The position numbers were made by a program, and so were the translations under genes. A stretch of DNA of 64,000 nt from an uncultured Gammaproteobacteria bacterium (GTDB lineage: Bacteria > Patescibacteriota > Microgenomatia > UBA8517): contig CAZCXV010000002.1 in NCBI GenBank assembly GCA_964502815.1, forward strand, positions 22,802-86,801, in the 5' to 3' direction. Shown here piece after piece: positions 38,256 through 47,349 of the stretch; within the stretch, counting starts at the first letter, position 1; each line of letters starts with the position of its first letter. The notes beneath the pieces were generated by a model. It ran no database searches and was not told where the DNA came from. It saw only the letters and a list, made by a program, of their open reading frames with translations.

Positions 38256-39174
38256 CCTCCTGCCCTATAAAGATGGTTATTTCCAAAAATTAGTTGACCT
38301 ACTTAGTCTATCCTTTGAGATGAAAGCACAAGACAAACAAGAACTCATAAGGTGGAAACTACTTAATAGAATCTGGGGTGAGCCAATAATTTATACTGCT
38401 TTTAGTGAAGATAGATTAATAGGTGTCTACACCAGTATTCCCCATCCAATCTCCTACGAAAACGAAACTATTTTGGCGACTGGCTGCATTGATATGGTTA
38501 CCCACCCTGATTACAGAAGACAAGGAATAATTAAAAAATTAGCAGAAAAAACCTATCAAGAAGTAAAAAATCAAAATTACGAATTATCTTTTGGCTTTTC
38601 AAACGAAGAGGGAGTAAAAGTAGACCTGAATGCCAATGGTTACGGCTACTTTGTCCTCGGCAAGTTTCAAAAATATTACAAATTAGTTGTCAGAAAGAAA
38701 AGTTGCAGCCTTTCTTTAAAAGAAACGGGTGATATAAATGTTCCAGCTTTCATTAATCCTTACTTGCAAATAAAGAAAGACAAAAAATACCTAGACTGGA
38801 GATATATCACAAAGCCTGGTGTAGATTGCCAACTGTTTGAGATACAAGGAGACACTACTGGCTTAGTAGTATTGAAATTCGAACACAACTCCTGCTATGT
38901 CTATGATATTGTTTCAGATTACTCAGACCAAAAAAACATTTTTGAAATTGTGAGAGCAATAGAAAATTACTGTTTTGATAAACACATCCATATGGTTGTC
39001 TACAACTGTTTAAAAAATAAATTTTGGGAGAAAATATTTGCCAGTTTCAAATTCTTGAAACTACCAGATGTTGGCAAGAAATACTATTTCACGGTAAAAG
39101 TCCACAACGATCAAAATAAAAATCTTTACCTAAACAAAAACAATTGGTTACTTCTTTCTGGAGATATTATTTAG
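38245..39174 (+). CDS. GNAT-family N-acyltransferase (two-domain)
   Basis: DMVTHPDYRRQGI acyl-CoA-binding motif, GFSN, YLDWRY; overlaps the CaiB stop. Confidence 0.85.
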   Translation: MGFDLLPYKDGYFQKLVDLLSLSFEMKAQDKQELIRWKLLNRIWGEPIIYTAFSEDRLIGVYTSIPHPISYENETILATGCIDMVTHPDYRRQGIIKKLAEKTYQEVKNQNYELSFGFSNEEGVKVDLNANGYGYFVLGKFQKYYKLVVRKKSCSLSLKETGDINVPAFINPYLQIKKDKKYLDWRYITKPGVDCQLFEIQGDTTGLVVLKFEHNSCYVYDIVSDYSDQKNIFEIVRAIENYCFDKHIHMVVYNCLKNKFWEKIFASFKFLKLPDVGKKYYFTVKVHNDQNKNLYLNKNNWLLLSGDII

Positions 39175-39748
39175 CTAACTTTTTTCCCGATCTGACAACT
39201 TCCTCAATAGAATGTGCATGAATTTTTATGCACTGCATTTTGTTTGCTGGGTTTTCAACAATGATTGTCGTATTGTCTAGTTGTTCACTTTTGACTGTCG
39301 GTCTACTCATTTTATATCTACCCATAAAGTTGGGAAATCTTTTCAAAAAAGCACTTTCAATATTTTCTCCCTCTTCCAAAGGTAAAACAAATTCCGCGTG
39401 TTCAAGTCCATCTTCTGGAAAATCGTGATTCACACTTGGATATGGAACTTCAACACAAGGAGTTTCTAATCCCTTCACTTTGAAATTTAGAATTCTTCTT
39501 CTATTTACTAAAGCTCTTGAAATTCTTTTGCTTCCACTTTCAGCTTCAATTTCTTTCCTCAACCTGTCAGTTGTCGCAATACCTGCGATTCTTAATCCTA
39601 CATGATCTATCACCAAATCCTCAATTCCATCAAGACCAACACTGTGCCCAAACTGAATTAAATTGTCAATAAAGTCAGGAATTTGTTCCTTAACACTAAA
39701 CCAGTTCAGACCTGAAGATTCTGTTTTTCTATCTTTGAAATCTACCAT
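39167..39748 (-). CDS. YecM-like VOC-family metalloprotein
   Basis: DHVGLR, VEVPYP, GLEHAEFVLP, IKIHAHSIEEVV; start ATG 39748 directly after fusA. Confidence 0.8.
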   Translation of the reverse strand: MVDFKDRKTESSGLNWFSVKEQIPDFIDNLIQFGHSVGLDGIEDLVIDHVGLRIAGIATTDRLRKEIEAESGSKRISRALVNRRRILNFKVKGLETPCVEVPYPSVNHDFPEDGLEHAEFVLPLEEGENIESAFLKRFPNFMGRYKMSRPTVKSEQLDNTTIIVENPANKMQCIKIHAHSIEEVVRSGKKLAK

Positions 39749-39752
39749 TTTT

Positions 39753-41924
39753 TTAGTTTCTAGTAGCAGGGCCAGCCATTTTTTTAGCAACTAACATGGC
39801 TTGGATATTTGCAGGAACTTCTTCATAATGGGATGGCTCAATATAGGGAACTGCTCTTCCTTGAGTCATTGACCGAAGTTGGGTGGTAAAACCAGACAGT
39901 TCTCCCAAAGGTGCCATGCCATTTACCACAGTCATCATTCCTCTTTCCTCTGTTCCTTGAATTTGGGCTCTTTTACTGGAAAGAGAGCCAATAACATCTC
40001 CCATATATTCTGCAGGAGTAGTTACTTCAATTTTTACAATTGGCTCAAGTATTACTATATCGGCATTTTTGGCAGCTGCCTCAACTGCCATAGAGCCTGC
40101 AATCTTAAAAGACATTTCAGAAGAATCCACATCGTGGAAAGAGCCATCATAAACTGCTACCAAAACATCAGTTAGTGTAAATCCCGCAAGTATCCCTCCT
40201 TCAAGTTTTTCTTTAATGCCTTTTTCAATTGCCGGAATGAAAGACTGGGGAATTGCACCACCTTTAATCTCAGAAACAAATTTAAAACCTTCTCCCCGAG
40301 GCCGTGGTTCAATCCTAACGAAACAGTGGCCATATTGACCTCTGCCTCCAGTTTGCCTAATGTATTTGCCTTCGCCAGTTGCAGCCTTTTTAACCGTTTC
40401 TTTGTAGGCAACTTGGGGAGCTCCTGTGTTTGCAACTACATTAAATTCTCTGCGCATTCGGTCAACCAAAATTTCTAGCTGCAATTCTCCCATGCCGGAA
40501 ATAATTGTCTGGCCGGTTTCAAGGTTTGACTTGATTCTAAAAGTTGGATCCTCATCAGATAATTTATTTAAAGCCAATCCCATTCTTTCCTGATCAGTTT
40601 TTGTTGCGGGCTCAATGGCCAGAGAAATAACTGGCTCAGGAAAAGTAATTGCTTCCAAATGAATCGGATTTTTTTGCTGACAAAGGGTATCTCCAGTGGT
40701 AGTCTCTTTAAAGCCTACAACAGCCACAATTTCCCCAGAATAAGCTTCATCAACCAGTTCCCTCTGATCTGCATGCATCAAAACTAATTTGCCAACCCGC
40801 TCAGAAGTTTGCCTAACGGTGTTATAAATACTTTCCCCAGCTTTTATGGTTCCAGAATAAACTCGCACAAATACTAGTCTTCCTACATGCGGATCAGTCA
40901 TTACTTTAAATGCCAAGGCTGATAGGGGAGCCTCATTGTTTCTCTCCATGAGAACTTTCTGACCATTTCTAGGATCTGTTCCTTCAACCATCGGAAGGTC
41001 AATGGGGGAGGGAAGATATTCAACCACTGCGTCAAGAAGGGTTCTAACGGTTACCATTCTGTTGTCGCCTCCTAGGATTGGGAAGAATTTGCCCGAAATT
41101 ACGCCTTTTCTAATTGCTCTTTTAATATCTGCTTCCGTTAATTCCTGACCCTCAAGATATTTATTCAAAGCTTCATCATCATACTCGGCAACTTTTTCAA
41201 TAAGTTCCTCCCGATACTGCTTTGCCTTGTCTAGCATATCTGTAGGGATTTCTTCTTCAGCCAGTTGATTATCTTCAATGTCTTTGTAGGTATAGGCCTT
41301 CATCTTTACCAGATCAACAATTCCATGCAGCTCGTGTTCAAAACCAATTGGTAGCTGAATAGCCACCGCATTTGCCCCAAGTCTTTCATGAATAGACTTT
41401 AAAGAGCCTTCAAAGTCAGCCCCAATTAAATTAAGTTTATTTAAGACACAGATTCTTGGCACATTGTATTTATTCGCTTGCCTCCAGACAGTTTCTGACT
41501 GGCTTTCTACTCCTGTTCGGCCGTCAAACACCATGACCGCACCATCAAGAACCCGCAGGGAACGCTCAACTTCAGCCGTGAAGTCAATGTGGCCTGGAGT
41601 ATCGATAATATTTACTCTATAGTGGCCATTTTCAACTGAAGACGAACTTTGCAAATCCCAGAAAGTGGTGATAGCTGCAGAAACAATAGTAATTCCTCGT
41701 TCTCTTTCCTGATCCATCCAATCAGTGACGGTTGTTCCTTCGTCAACCGATCCATGCTTGTAAGTCTTGCCAGTTTCAAAAAGAATACGTTCTGTAGTAG
41801 TGGTTTTTCCGGCATCAATATGGGCAATAATACCGATATTTCGGATTTTTTCATACGACACCAAACGATCCTTGGTGACCGTTGAAGCAATAGCTGATTT
41901 TTTCTTTGCAACTTGTCCTGCCAT
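39753..41924 (-). CDS. fusA: Elongation factor G
   Basis: AHIDAGKTTTTERIL, ERGITI, DTPGH, GMGELQL, GGRGQYGH, SFHDVDSS. Confidence 0.98.
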   Translation of the reverse strand: MAGQVAKKKSAIASTVTKDRLVSYEKIRNIGIIAHIDAGKTTTTERILFETGKTYKHGSVDEGTTVTDWMDQERERGITIVSAAITTFWDLQSSSSVENGHYRVNIIDTPGHIDFTAEVERSLRVLDGAVMVFDGRTGVESQSETVWRQANKYNVPRICVLNKLNLIGADFEGSLKSIHERLGANAVAIQLPIGFEHELHGIVDLVKMKAYTYKDIEDNQLAEEEIPTDMLDKAKQYREELIEKVAEYDDEALNKYLEGQELTEADIKRAIRKGVISGKFFPILGGDNRMVTVRTLLDAVVEYLPSPIDLPMVEGTDPRNGQKVLMERNNEAPLSALAFKVMTDPHVGRLVFVRVYSGTIKAGESIYNTVRQTSERVGKLVLMHADQRELVDEAYSGEIVAVVGFKETTTGDTLCQQKNPIHLEAITFPEPVISLAIEPATKTDQERMGLALNKLSDEDPTFRIKSNLETGQTIISGMGELQLEILVDRMRREFNVVANTGAPQVAYKETVKKAATGEGKYIRQTGGRGQYGHCFVRIEPRPRGEGFKFVSEIKGGAIPQSFIPAIEKGIKEKLEGGILAGFTLTDVLVAVYDGSFHDVDSSEMSFKIAGSMAVEAAAKNADIVILEPIVKIEVTTPAEYMGDVIGSLSSKRAQIQGTEERGMMTVVNGMAPLGELSGFTTQLRSMTQGRAVPYIEPSHYEEVPANIQAMLVAKKMAGPATRN

Positions 41925-41937
41925 ATACTTATATTAC

Positions 41938-41978
41938 AAAAAAGATCCCGATTCCATATCGGGATACTTGTGATTATA
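41938..41978 (-). promoter_or_regulatory. fusA promoter followed by a terminator-like hairpin
   Basis: TATAAT at 41978-41973; ATCCCGAT-ATGGA-ATCGGGAT then CTTTTTT. Confidence 0.6.
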
Positions 41979-42166
41979 TCTATTTCTTGAAAAATTAGCA
42001 ATTGAGGTATACAATCCTTCCAAATGACAGAAGGTGATCTGGGTAAAGGAATTTCGCCTCAAATTCATCACGAGTTAAACAGTGGACTGAATTTGACCAG
42101 GTTTCAGAAGAACTGAAGTTACAATATCCACTAACAAGAGAAGATGATGGGCTAACTATAAAGTAG

Positions 42167-42259
42167 TTATTTTTTATCCACCACAAAAAAAATTATATAA
42201 CTACCAACGAGCGTAAGTGTTGCCCCAATTATCATTACTATTTGATATGCTTGAATCAT
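42167..42259 (-). CDS. 30-aa single-TM microprotein
   Basis: MIQAYQIVMIIGATLTLVGSYIIFFVVDKK; ATGA overlap with the upstream stop. Confidence 0.5.
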   Translation of the reverse strand: MIQAYQIVMIIGATLTLVGSYIIFFVVDKK

Positions 42260-42381
42260 TTTATTTTAGCCTTCCTATTTTTATTTCTTTTCAAATTCAA
42301 TAATAACACAGCACCCCAAATAAGAGCCAAACCTTGAATCAGCCAAAATACGCCAATACCAAAATTGAAATCAAATTGCAT
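42256..42381 (-). CDS. 41-aa single-TM microprotein with basic tail
   Basis: MQFDFNFGIGVFWLIQGLALIWGAVLLLNLKRNKNRKAKIK; AAAGGG SD-like sequence; overlaps the upstream ORF end. Confidence 0.6.
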   Translation of the reverse strand: MQFDFNFGIGVFWLIQGLALIWGAVLLLNLKRNKNRKAKIK

Positions 42382-42574
42382 TTATTTCCCTTTCTTCTTG
42401 TAATTTGAGTCCAATCCTAATACATCCATATACTGCTAAAGTACTTAATACAATGTTAATAATTTTAATAATAAATGTCGTGTTTGTGGGAATATTTGAA
42501 AATCCAAAAATACCAAGAGTGATCCCTTTTGCTAAATCATAGAAAAAGCTTGCTAGAGAATCGGCTTGTTTCAT
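42371..42574 (-). CDS. 67-aa two-TM protein (DUF6722-like)
   Basis: LASFFYDLAK motif and two hydrophobic segments; TTGACA upstream. Confidence 0.65.
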   Translation of the reverse strand: MKQADSLASFFYDLAKGITLGIFGFSNIPTNTTFIIKIINIVLSTLAVYGCIRIGLKLQEEREINAI

Positions 42575-42712
42575 ATTAAATAACGAATACATTAAATCCA
42601 TACTAAAACAAATTTTTAACTTTGTCAAGTATCTATAGAATAATATCTATAAGAGGAATTTATGTTGAAGTAAATTTATATTTTAAATCTTTAAAAAAAC
42701 CGAGGATACGAC

Positions 42713-43195
42713 CTAATTCCACTTAAAATGACTGAAGGCACGATTGGCTTCTGCACTTCGCTCCATATCTTGTCTTTTCTTGACTGATGCGCCTTCTTCT
42801 TTGGCGGCATCAAGTATTTCTGCTGCTAATTTTAGGGCAAAAGTGTGAAATTCAGAATTTGACCTTTTTCTGGAAAATTCTATAAGCCATCTTATTGCCA
42901 AGGAATCTTTTCTTACTCCTCTGACTGGCATTGGAACTTGGTAGGCAGCTCCTCCAACGCGCCTTGATCTTACTTCCATTGAAGGCCTGATATTGTCCAG
43001 GGCTTGGCCAAAGATAACCATAGGGTCTTCCTTGGTTTTTTCTTTAATAATGTCAAAAGCATGATAAATTTGTTTTTGCGAAACTGTCTTTTTGCCATCC
43101 ATCATGGCTCTATTTACTAGTTTTGTTACCAGAGTATTGCCATACACTGGATCTGGCGTGATTACTTTTGCTGGTGGCGCTCCTCTTCTTGGCAT
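42713..43195 (-). CDS. rpsG: 30S ribosomal protein S7
   Basis: MPRR, RRVGGAAYQVP, AEANRAFSHF; start ATG 43195. Confidence 0.97.
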   Translation of the reverse strand: MPRRGAPPAKVITPDPVYGNTLVTKLVNRAMMDGKKTVSQKQIYHAFDIIKEKTKEDPMVIFGQALDNIRPSMEVRSRRVGGAAYQVPMPVRGVRKDSLAIRWLIEFSRKRSNSEFHTFALKLAAEILDAAKEEGASVKKRQDMERSAEANRAFSHFKWN

Positions 43196-43196
43196 A

Positions 43197-43619
43197 TTAA
43201 ACCGCTCCTCCTTGCACAGCTTTGGTTCCATATCTACTTCTTCCAGTTTTTCTGCCAACAACACCATCTGCTCCAAATTTGCCTCTAACAATTTTGTATC
43301 TTACGCCTGATAAATCTTTTACTTTTCCGCTTCTGACCATGACAACTGCGTGCTCGGCAATATTGTGACCTTCACCCGGAATATAGGCAGTGATTTCTTG
43401 TTTATTAGAAAGTCTTACTCTAGCAACTTTACGGAGAGCCGAGTTTGGCTTTCTAGGCGTCATTGTTCTGACAGCCAAAACTACCCCTCTTTTGAAGGGT
43501 GCTGATAAGGATTTAAACTTTCTGTCTTTGGCATTAAACCACCGCTTTAGAGCTGTGGCTTTTGCTTTGGCGACTTTTGGCTTTCTACCTTTTCGAACTA
43601 GTTGTGCAGCTGTTGGCAT
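43197..43619 (-). CDS. rpsL: 30S ribosomal protein S12
   Basis: [33 protein letters not shown]. Confidence 0.97.
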   Translation of the reverse strand: MPTAAQLVRKGRKPKVAKAKATALKRWFNAKDRKFKSLSAPFKRGVVLAVRTMTPRKPNSALRKVARVRLSNKQEITAYIPGEGHNIAEHAVVMVRSGKVKDLSGVRYKIVRGKFGADGVVGRKTGRSRYGTKAVQGGAV

Positions 43620-43622
43620 ATT

Positions 43623-46600
43623 TTAAGTTGTGATTCTATCAGGTGTGACCGGTATAAGTCTACCAATAATAACATTTTCCTTAAGTCCCAAAAGTCTGTC
43701 CACTCTTCCTCTTAAAGAAGCATCTGTTAAAATATCGGTTGTTTGCTCAAATGAAGCTGCCGAAAGCCAGCTGTCGGTATGTAAAGCTCTTCTGGTAACT
43801 CCAGAGACTATTTGCTTAAATGAGGCCAACTTCTTACCTTCTTCATTCATCTTGATGTTTTCTTCCTCAATCTTGGCCTTTTCGATGATATCTCCAGGAA
43901 GATACTGTGTCTCACCGGCGTTTGAAATCTTGACTTCATCAGTCATCTTTCTGACAATAACTTCAAAGTGTCTGTCGTTTATTGGTATACCTTGGGATTC
44001 ATAGACTGCTTGGAGCTCGTTTACTAGGTATTCCTGGGTAGCTTTAAGCCCACTTACATTCAAGATTTCTTTCAGATCTAGTGATCCAGATGCCAGCTGA
44101 ACACCTGGTGCGACCAATTGACCATTTTCAACAACTAATTTAGAAGCCTTTGGAATAATATATTCTCTTTCGTCTTTTTGTTTACCAGTGCCTTTGATGG
44201 TTACTTTCCAGCCAGATTCAGTCTCATCAACTTTTATTTTTCCGGTAATTTCGGCAATTGGGGAAAGAATCTTTGGAATTCTGGCTTCAAACAATTCTTC
44301 AACTCTTGGAAGTCCTTGAGTAACATCAACTCCAATGACACCTCCCGAGTGTTTAGTACGAAGCGTCAACTGCGTTCCAGGTTCGCCAATGGATTGGGCG
44401 GCAACAACGCCTACTGGAACTCCAATTTGAACTATTTTTTTGTCAGCCAAGTTCCAGCCATAGCACTTTTGGCAAACTCCATATTTAGTCAAACAGGTAA
44501 GTGGAGATCTGATAATTGCTGTTCCCACTTCTGATTCGCTAAGTTTCTTAGCTACTTCCTCATCAATAAATACTCCCTTTTTAACAATTACCTTACCCTT
44601 GGGAGTCTTAATGTCACTTGCGGCAAATCTGCCAAAAATTCTCTTGGCAAAAACATTGCCACGAACGCTCTTTTTGATTTCAATGCCTTCTTTGCTACCG
44701 CAATCCTCAACCCTAACCAGCATATCGTGGGTCACGTCCACCAGTCTTCTGGTCAAATATCCTGCATCGGCTGTTTTAATAGCTGTATCTGTCAAACCCT
44801 TTCTTGATCCACGGCCAGAGGCAACGTATTCAAAAACCGACAAACCTTCTCTAAAATTAGACTTAATTGGAAGTTCAACAATTTTTCCCGTCGGGTCAGT
44901 AACCAAGCCTCTCATACCCGCAAGTTGCTTGATTTGGTCTCTGGAGGTACGACCGACTTTGGCGTCAATAACCACTCTGATTGCGCCGGTTGGTTCAATT
45001 ATCTCCCAAGTCCGATCGGCAATTTCTTCAGTAGTTTCAATCCAAACTTCTTGTGTAAGTCTACGCTTTTCTTCAGCCGTAATAAGCCCCTGGGCAAAGT
45101 TTTCCTCAATTTCCGATACTCTAATATTGGCTTCTTCTATAATTTTGTTCTTTTCCGGCAAGATCTGGGCATCGACAACACCAAACGACAATCCACTGAC
45201 GGTTCCACCCACAAAACCAAGGTCTTTAATGTCATCTATTAGTTTGACAACCTGATCTTCACCAACCATGGCAAAGGATTTAGTCAAGATTTCCTTAATT
45301 AAAGAAGAGTTGACTGATTCATTGATAAACCCAAACTCAGAAGGCAAAACTTCATTAAATAAAATTCTCCCGGCGGTAGTATCAATTATTTTGCCTTCTA
45401 CTCTAACCGAAATAGTTTGTCTTAATTCAACATGTCCTCCTTGATAGGCCGTTAAAGCCTCTCCGGAATCTGCAAAAACTGTCCCATAAACTTTAATTCT
45501 AGGATCATCACTGGTCAAATAATAAACTCCCAAAGCCATTTCTTTAGAAGATGGGGAAGTAGAAGGAGAACCGTCAGATACTCTTAGTAAATTTTTGTCG
45601 CTCATGATTAAAGTTTTTGCTTCCTCAATTGCTTTGGCCGAAAGTGGAATGTGAACTGCCATTTGGTCACCGTCAAAGTCGGCATTAAAACCCGAGCAAA
45701 CCGCAGGGTGTACTCGAATTGCATTACCCTCAATTAAGATCGGGTAAAATGCTTGAATTCCAAGCTTGTGCAAAGTTGGTGCACGGTTTAAAAGTACTGG
45801 GTGGTTTTTAGTAATCTCTTCCAAGATGTCAAAAACTTCTGGAGGCCTTCTTTCTAGCATGTTTTTGGCAGACTTGACATTGGGAGCAACACCTCTGACT
45901 ATCATTTCCCTGAGGACAAAGGGTTTAAACATCTCAAGGGCCATTTCTTTTGGCAAACCACATTCGGTAAGTCTAAGTTCAGGTCCAACAATAATAACCG
46001 ACCTTCCAGAATAATCTACGCGTTTTCCAAGCAAGTTTTGTCTAAATCTTCCTTGTTTTCCCCGAAGCATATCGGAAAGAGACCTCAAAGTCTGTTTACC
46101 CCGGCCCCTCCTGGTCGCCTTCCTTTGGCTGGCATCAATAAGAGAGTCAACTGCCTCTTGAAGCATTCTTTTTTCATTTCTAAGGATTATCTCGGGAGCA
46201 CCAAGAGTAATTAAGTGTTTCAAACGATTGTTTCTATTTATCACTCTTCGATAAAGATCGTTTAAATCTGAAGTTGCAAATCTTCCGCCAGACAACTGAA
46301 CCATTGGCCTTAGGTCAGGAGGCAAAACTGGCAAGACTCTCATTATTGTCCAACCTGGGTGGACTTTGGCAGTCCGCATACCGTCAATAATTTTAAGTCT
46401 TTTGGTAAGCTTGATAAACTTAGCACCTCTAATATCGGTGTCTTCGAGCTCTTTCCTAATTTCAACTGCAATTTCTTCCAAGTTTAGTTTTTCAATAACG
46501 TTTAAAATAGCTTCTGCACCCATTTTGACTTCAATAAAATCACCTGCGTCATAGGAGGAAAGTTCATCGTATTCTTCTTCTGACAAGAAACCTAATTTTC

Positions 46601-47345
46601 TAATACCTTTTGCAAGACCAATAAGCTTGTCAAACAACTCTTCTGTTCGCTCTAGGGTCATCTTCTCTTCTTCTCCTAAAGCGGTTGTTTTTTTTCTTGA
46701 ATCAAGATCAATTTCAGAAACAGCAAGGCCAGCCTGTTCCTTGTCTTTTATTTTTTCCTTAGTCTTTTCTCTCCTGGTTTGGGCATCTTTTTCAAGAAGT
46801 TCCCTTCTTTCGCCGTAAGCTTCTTTAATTTCTGCTAGTTTTGCTTCCTTTGCGGTGACCAGTTTTTTTATTGCATCAAACCTTTTGTCTTCATCAGTTG
46901 CAATAACCAAATATCTGGCAAAGTAAACTACCTGCTCAATTGCTCTTGGTGGAAGATCAAGAAGAAGAGATATCTTTGATGGTGCCCCTTTAAAAAACCA
47001 AACGTGAACAACGGGAGCTGCAAGAGAAATATGACCCATTCTTTCCCGTCTCACCCTAGCTTCAGTCACTTCAACTCCACATTTGTCGCAAATGACTCCC
47101 TTGTATCTAATTCTTTTGTACTTTCCGCAGTAACACTCCCAATCTTTAGTAGGGCCAAAAATTCTCTCATCAAAAAGGCCATCTTTTTCGGGTTTTAAAG
47201 TTCGATAGTTAATCGTCTCAGGCTTTGTTACCTCGCCATGCGACCAAATTCTAATCTCCTCAGGCGACGCCAGCCTGATCTTTAGTGCTTTAAAGTCTTC
47301 TAAGTTTCTTAAATCAAGCAATGTGTCTGTAGTGGTGTTGCTCAT
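43623..47345 (-). CDS. rpoC: RNA polymerase beta' subunit
   Basis: Zn ribbon CYCGKY...CDKC, NADFDGDQMAVH, GEPGTQLT, LKENVIIG. Confidence 0.99.
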   Translation of the reverse strand: MSNTTTDTLLDLRNLEDFKALKIRLASPEEIRIWSHGEVTKPETINYRTLKPEKDGLFDERIFGPTKDWECYCGKYKRIRYKGVICDKCGVEVTEARVRRERMGHISLAAPVVHVWFFKGAPSKISLLLDLPPRAIEQVVYFARYLVIATDEDKRFDAIKKLVTAKEAKLAEIKEAYGERRELLEKDAQTRREKTKEKIKDKEQAGLAVSEIDLDSRKKTTALGEEEKMTLERTEELFDKLIGLAKGIRKLGFLSEEEYDELSSYDAGDFIEVKMGAEAILNVIEKLNLEEIAVEIRKELEDTDIRGAKFIKLTKRLKIIDGMRTAKVHPGWTIMRVLPVLPPDLRPMVQLSGGRFATSDLNDLYRRVINRNNRLKHLITLGAPEIILRNEKRMLQEAVDSLIDASQRKATRRGRGKQTLRSLSDMLRGKQGRFRQNLLGKRVDYSGRSVIIVGPELRLTECGLPKEMALEMFKPFVLREMIVRGVAPNVKSAKNMLERRPPEVFDILEEITKNHPVLLNRAPTLHKLGIQAFYPILIEGNAIRVHPAVCSGFNADFDGDQMAVHIPLSAKAIEEAKTLIMSDKNLLRVSDGSPSTSPSSKEMALGVYYLTSDDPRIKVYGTVFADSGEALTAYQGGHVELRQTISVRVEGKIIDTTAGRILFNEVLPSEFGFINESVNSSLIKEILTKSFAMVGEDQVVKLIDDIKDLGFVGGTVSGLSFGVVDAQILPEKNKIIEEANIRVSEIEENFAQGLITAEEKRRLTQEVWIETTEEIADRTWEIIEPTGAIRVVIDAKVGRTSRDQIKQLAGMRGLVTDPTGKIVELPIKSNFREGLSVFEYVASGRGSRKGLTDTAIKTADAGYLTRRLVDVTHDMLVRVEDCGSKEGIEIKKSVRGNVFAKRIFGRFAASDIKTPKGKVIVKKGVFIDEEVAKKLSESEVGTAIIRSPLTCLTKYGVCQKCYGWNLADKKIVQIGVPVGVVAAQSIGEPGTQLTLRTKHSGGVIGVDVTQGLPRVEELFEARIPKILSPIAEITGKIKVDETESGWKVTIKGTGKQKDEREYIIPKASKLVVENGQLVAPGVQLASGSLDLKEILNVSGLKATQEYLVNELQAVYESQGIPINDRHFEVIVRKMTDEVKISNAGETQYLPGDIIEKAKIEEENIKMNEEGKKLASFKQIVSGVTRRALHTDSWLSAASFEQTTDILTDASLRGRVDRLLGLKENVIIGRLIPVTPDRITT

Positions 47346-47349
47346 ATAT

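Noticed and set aside
41995-42186. 63-aa minus-strand ORF and plus-strand fragments (ATG 42024, 30 codons; second frame open to 42166)
   Set aside because: No motif or convincing start; at most a decayed gene remnant that cannot be supported
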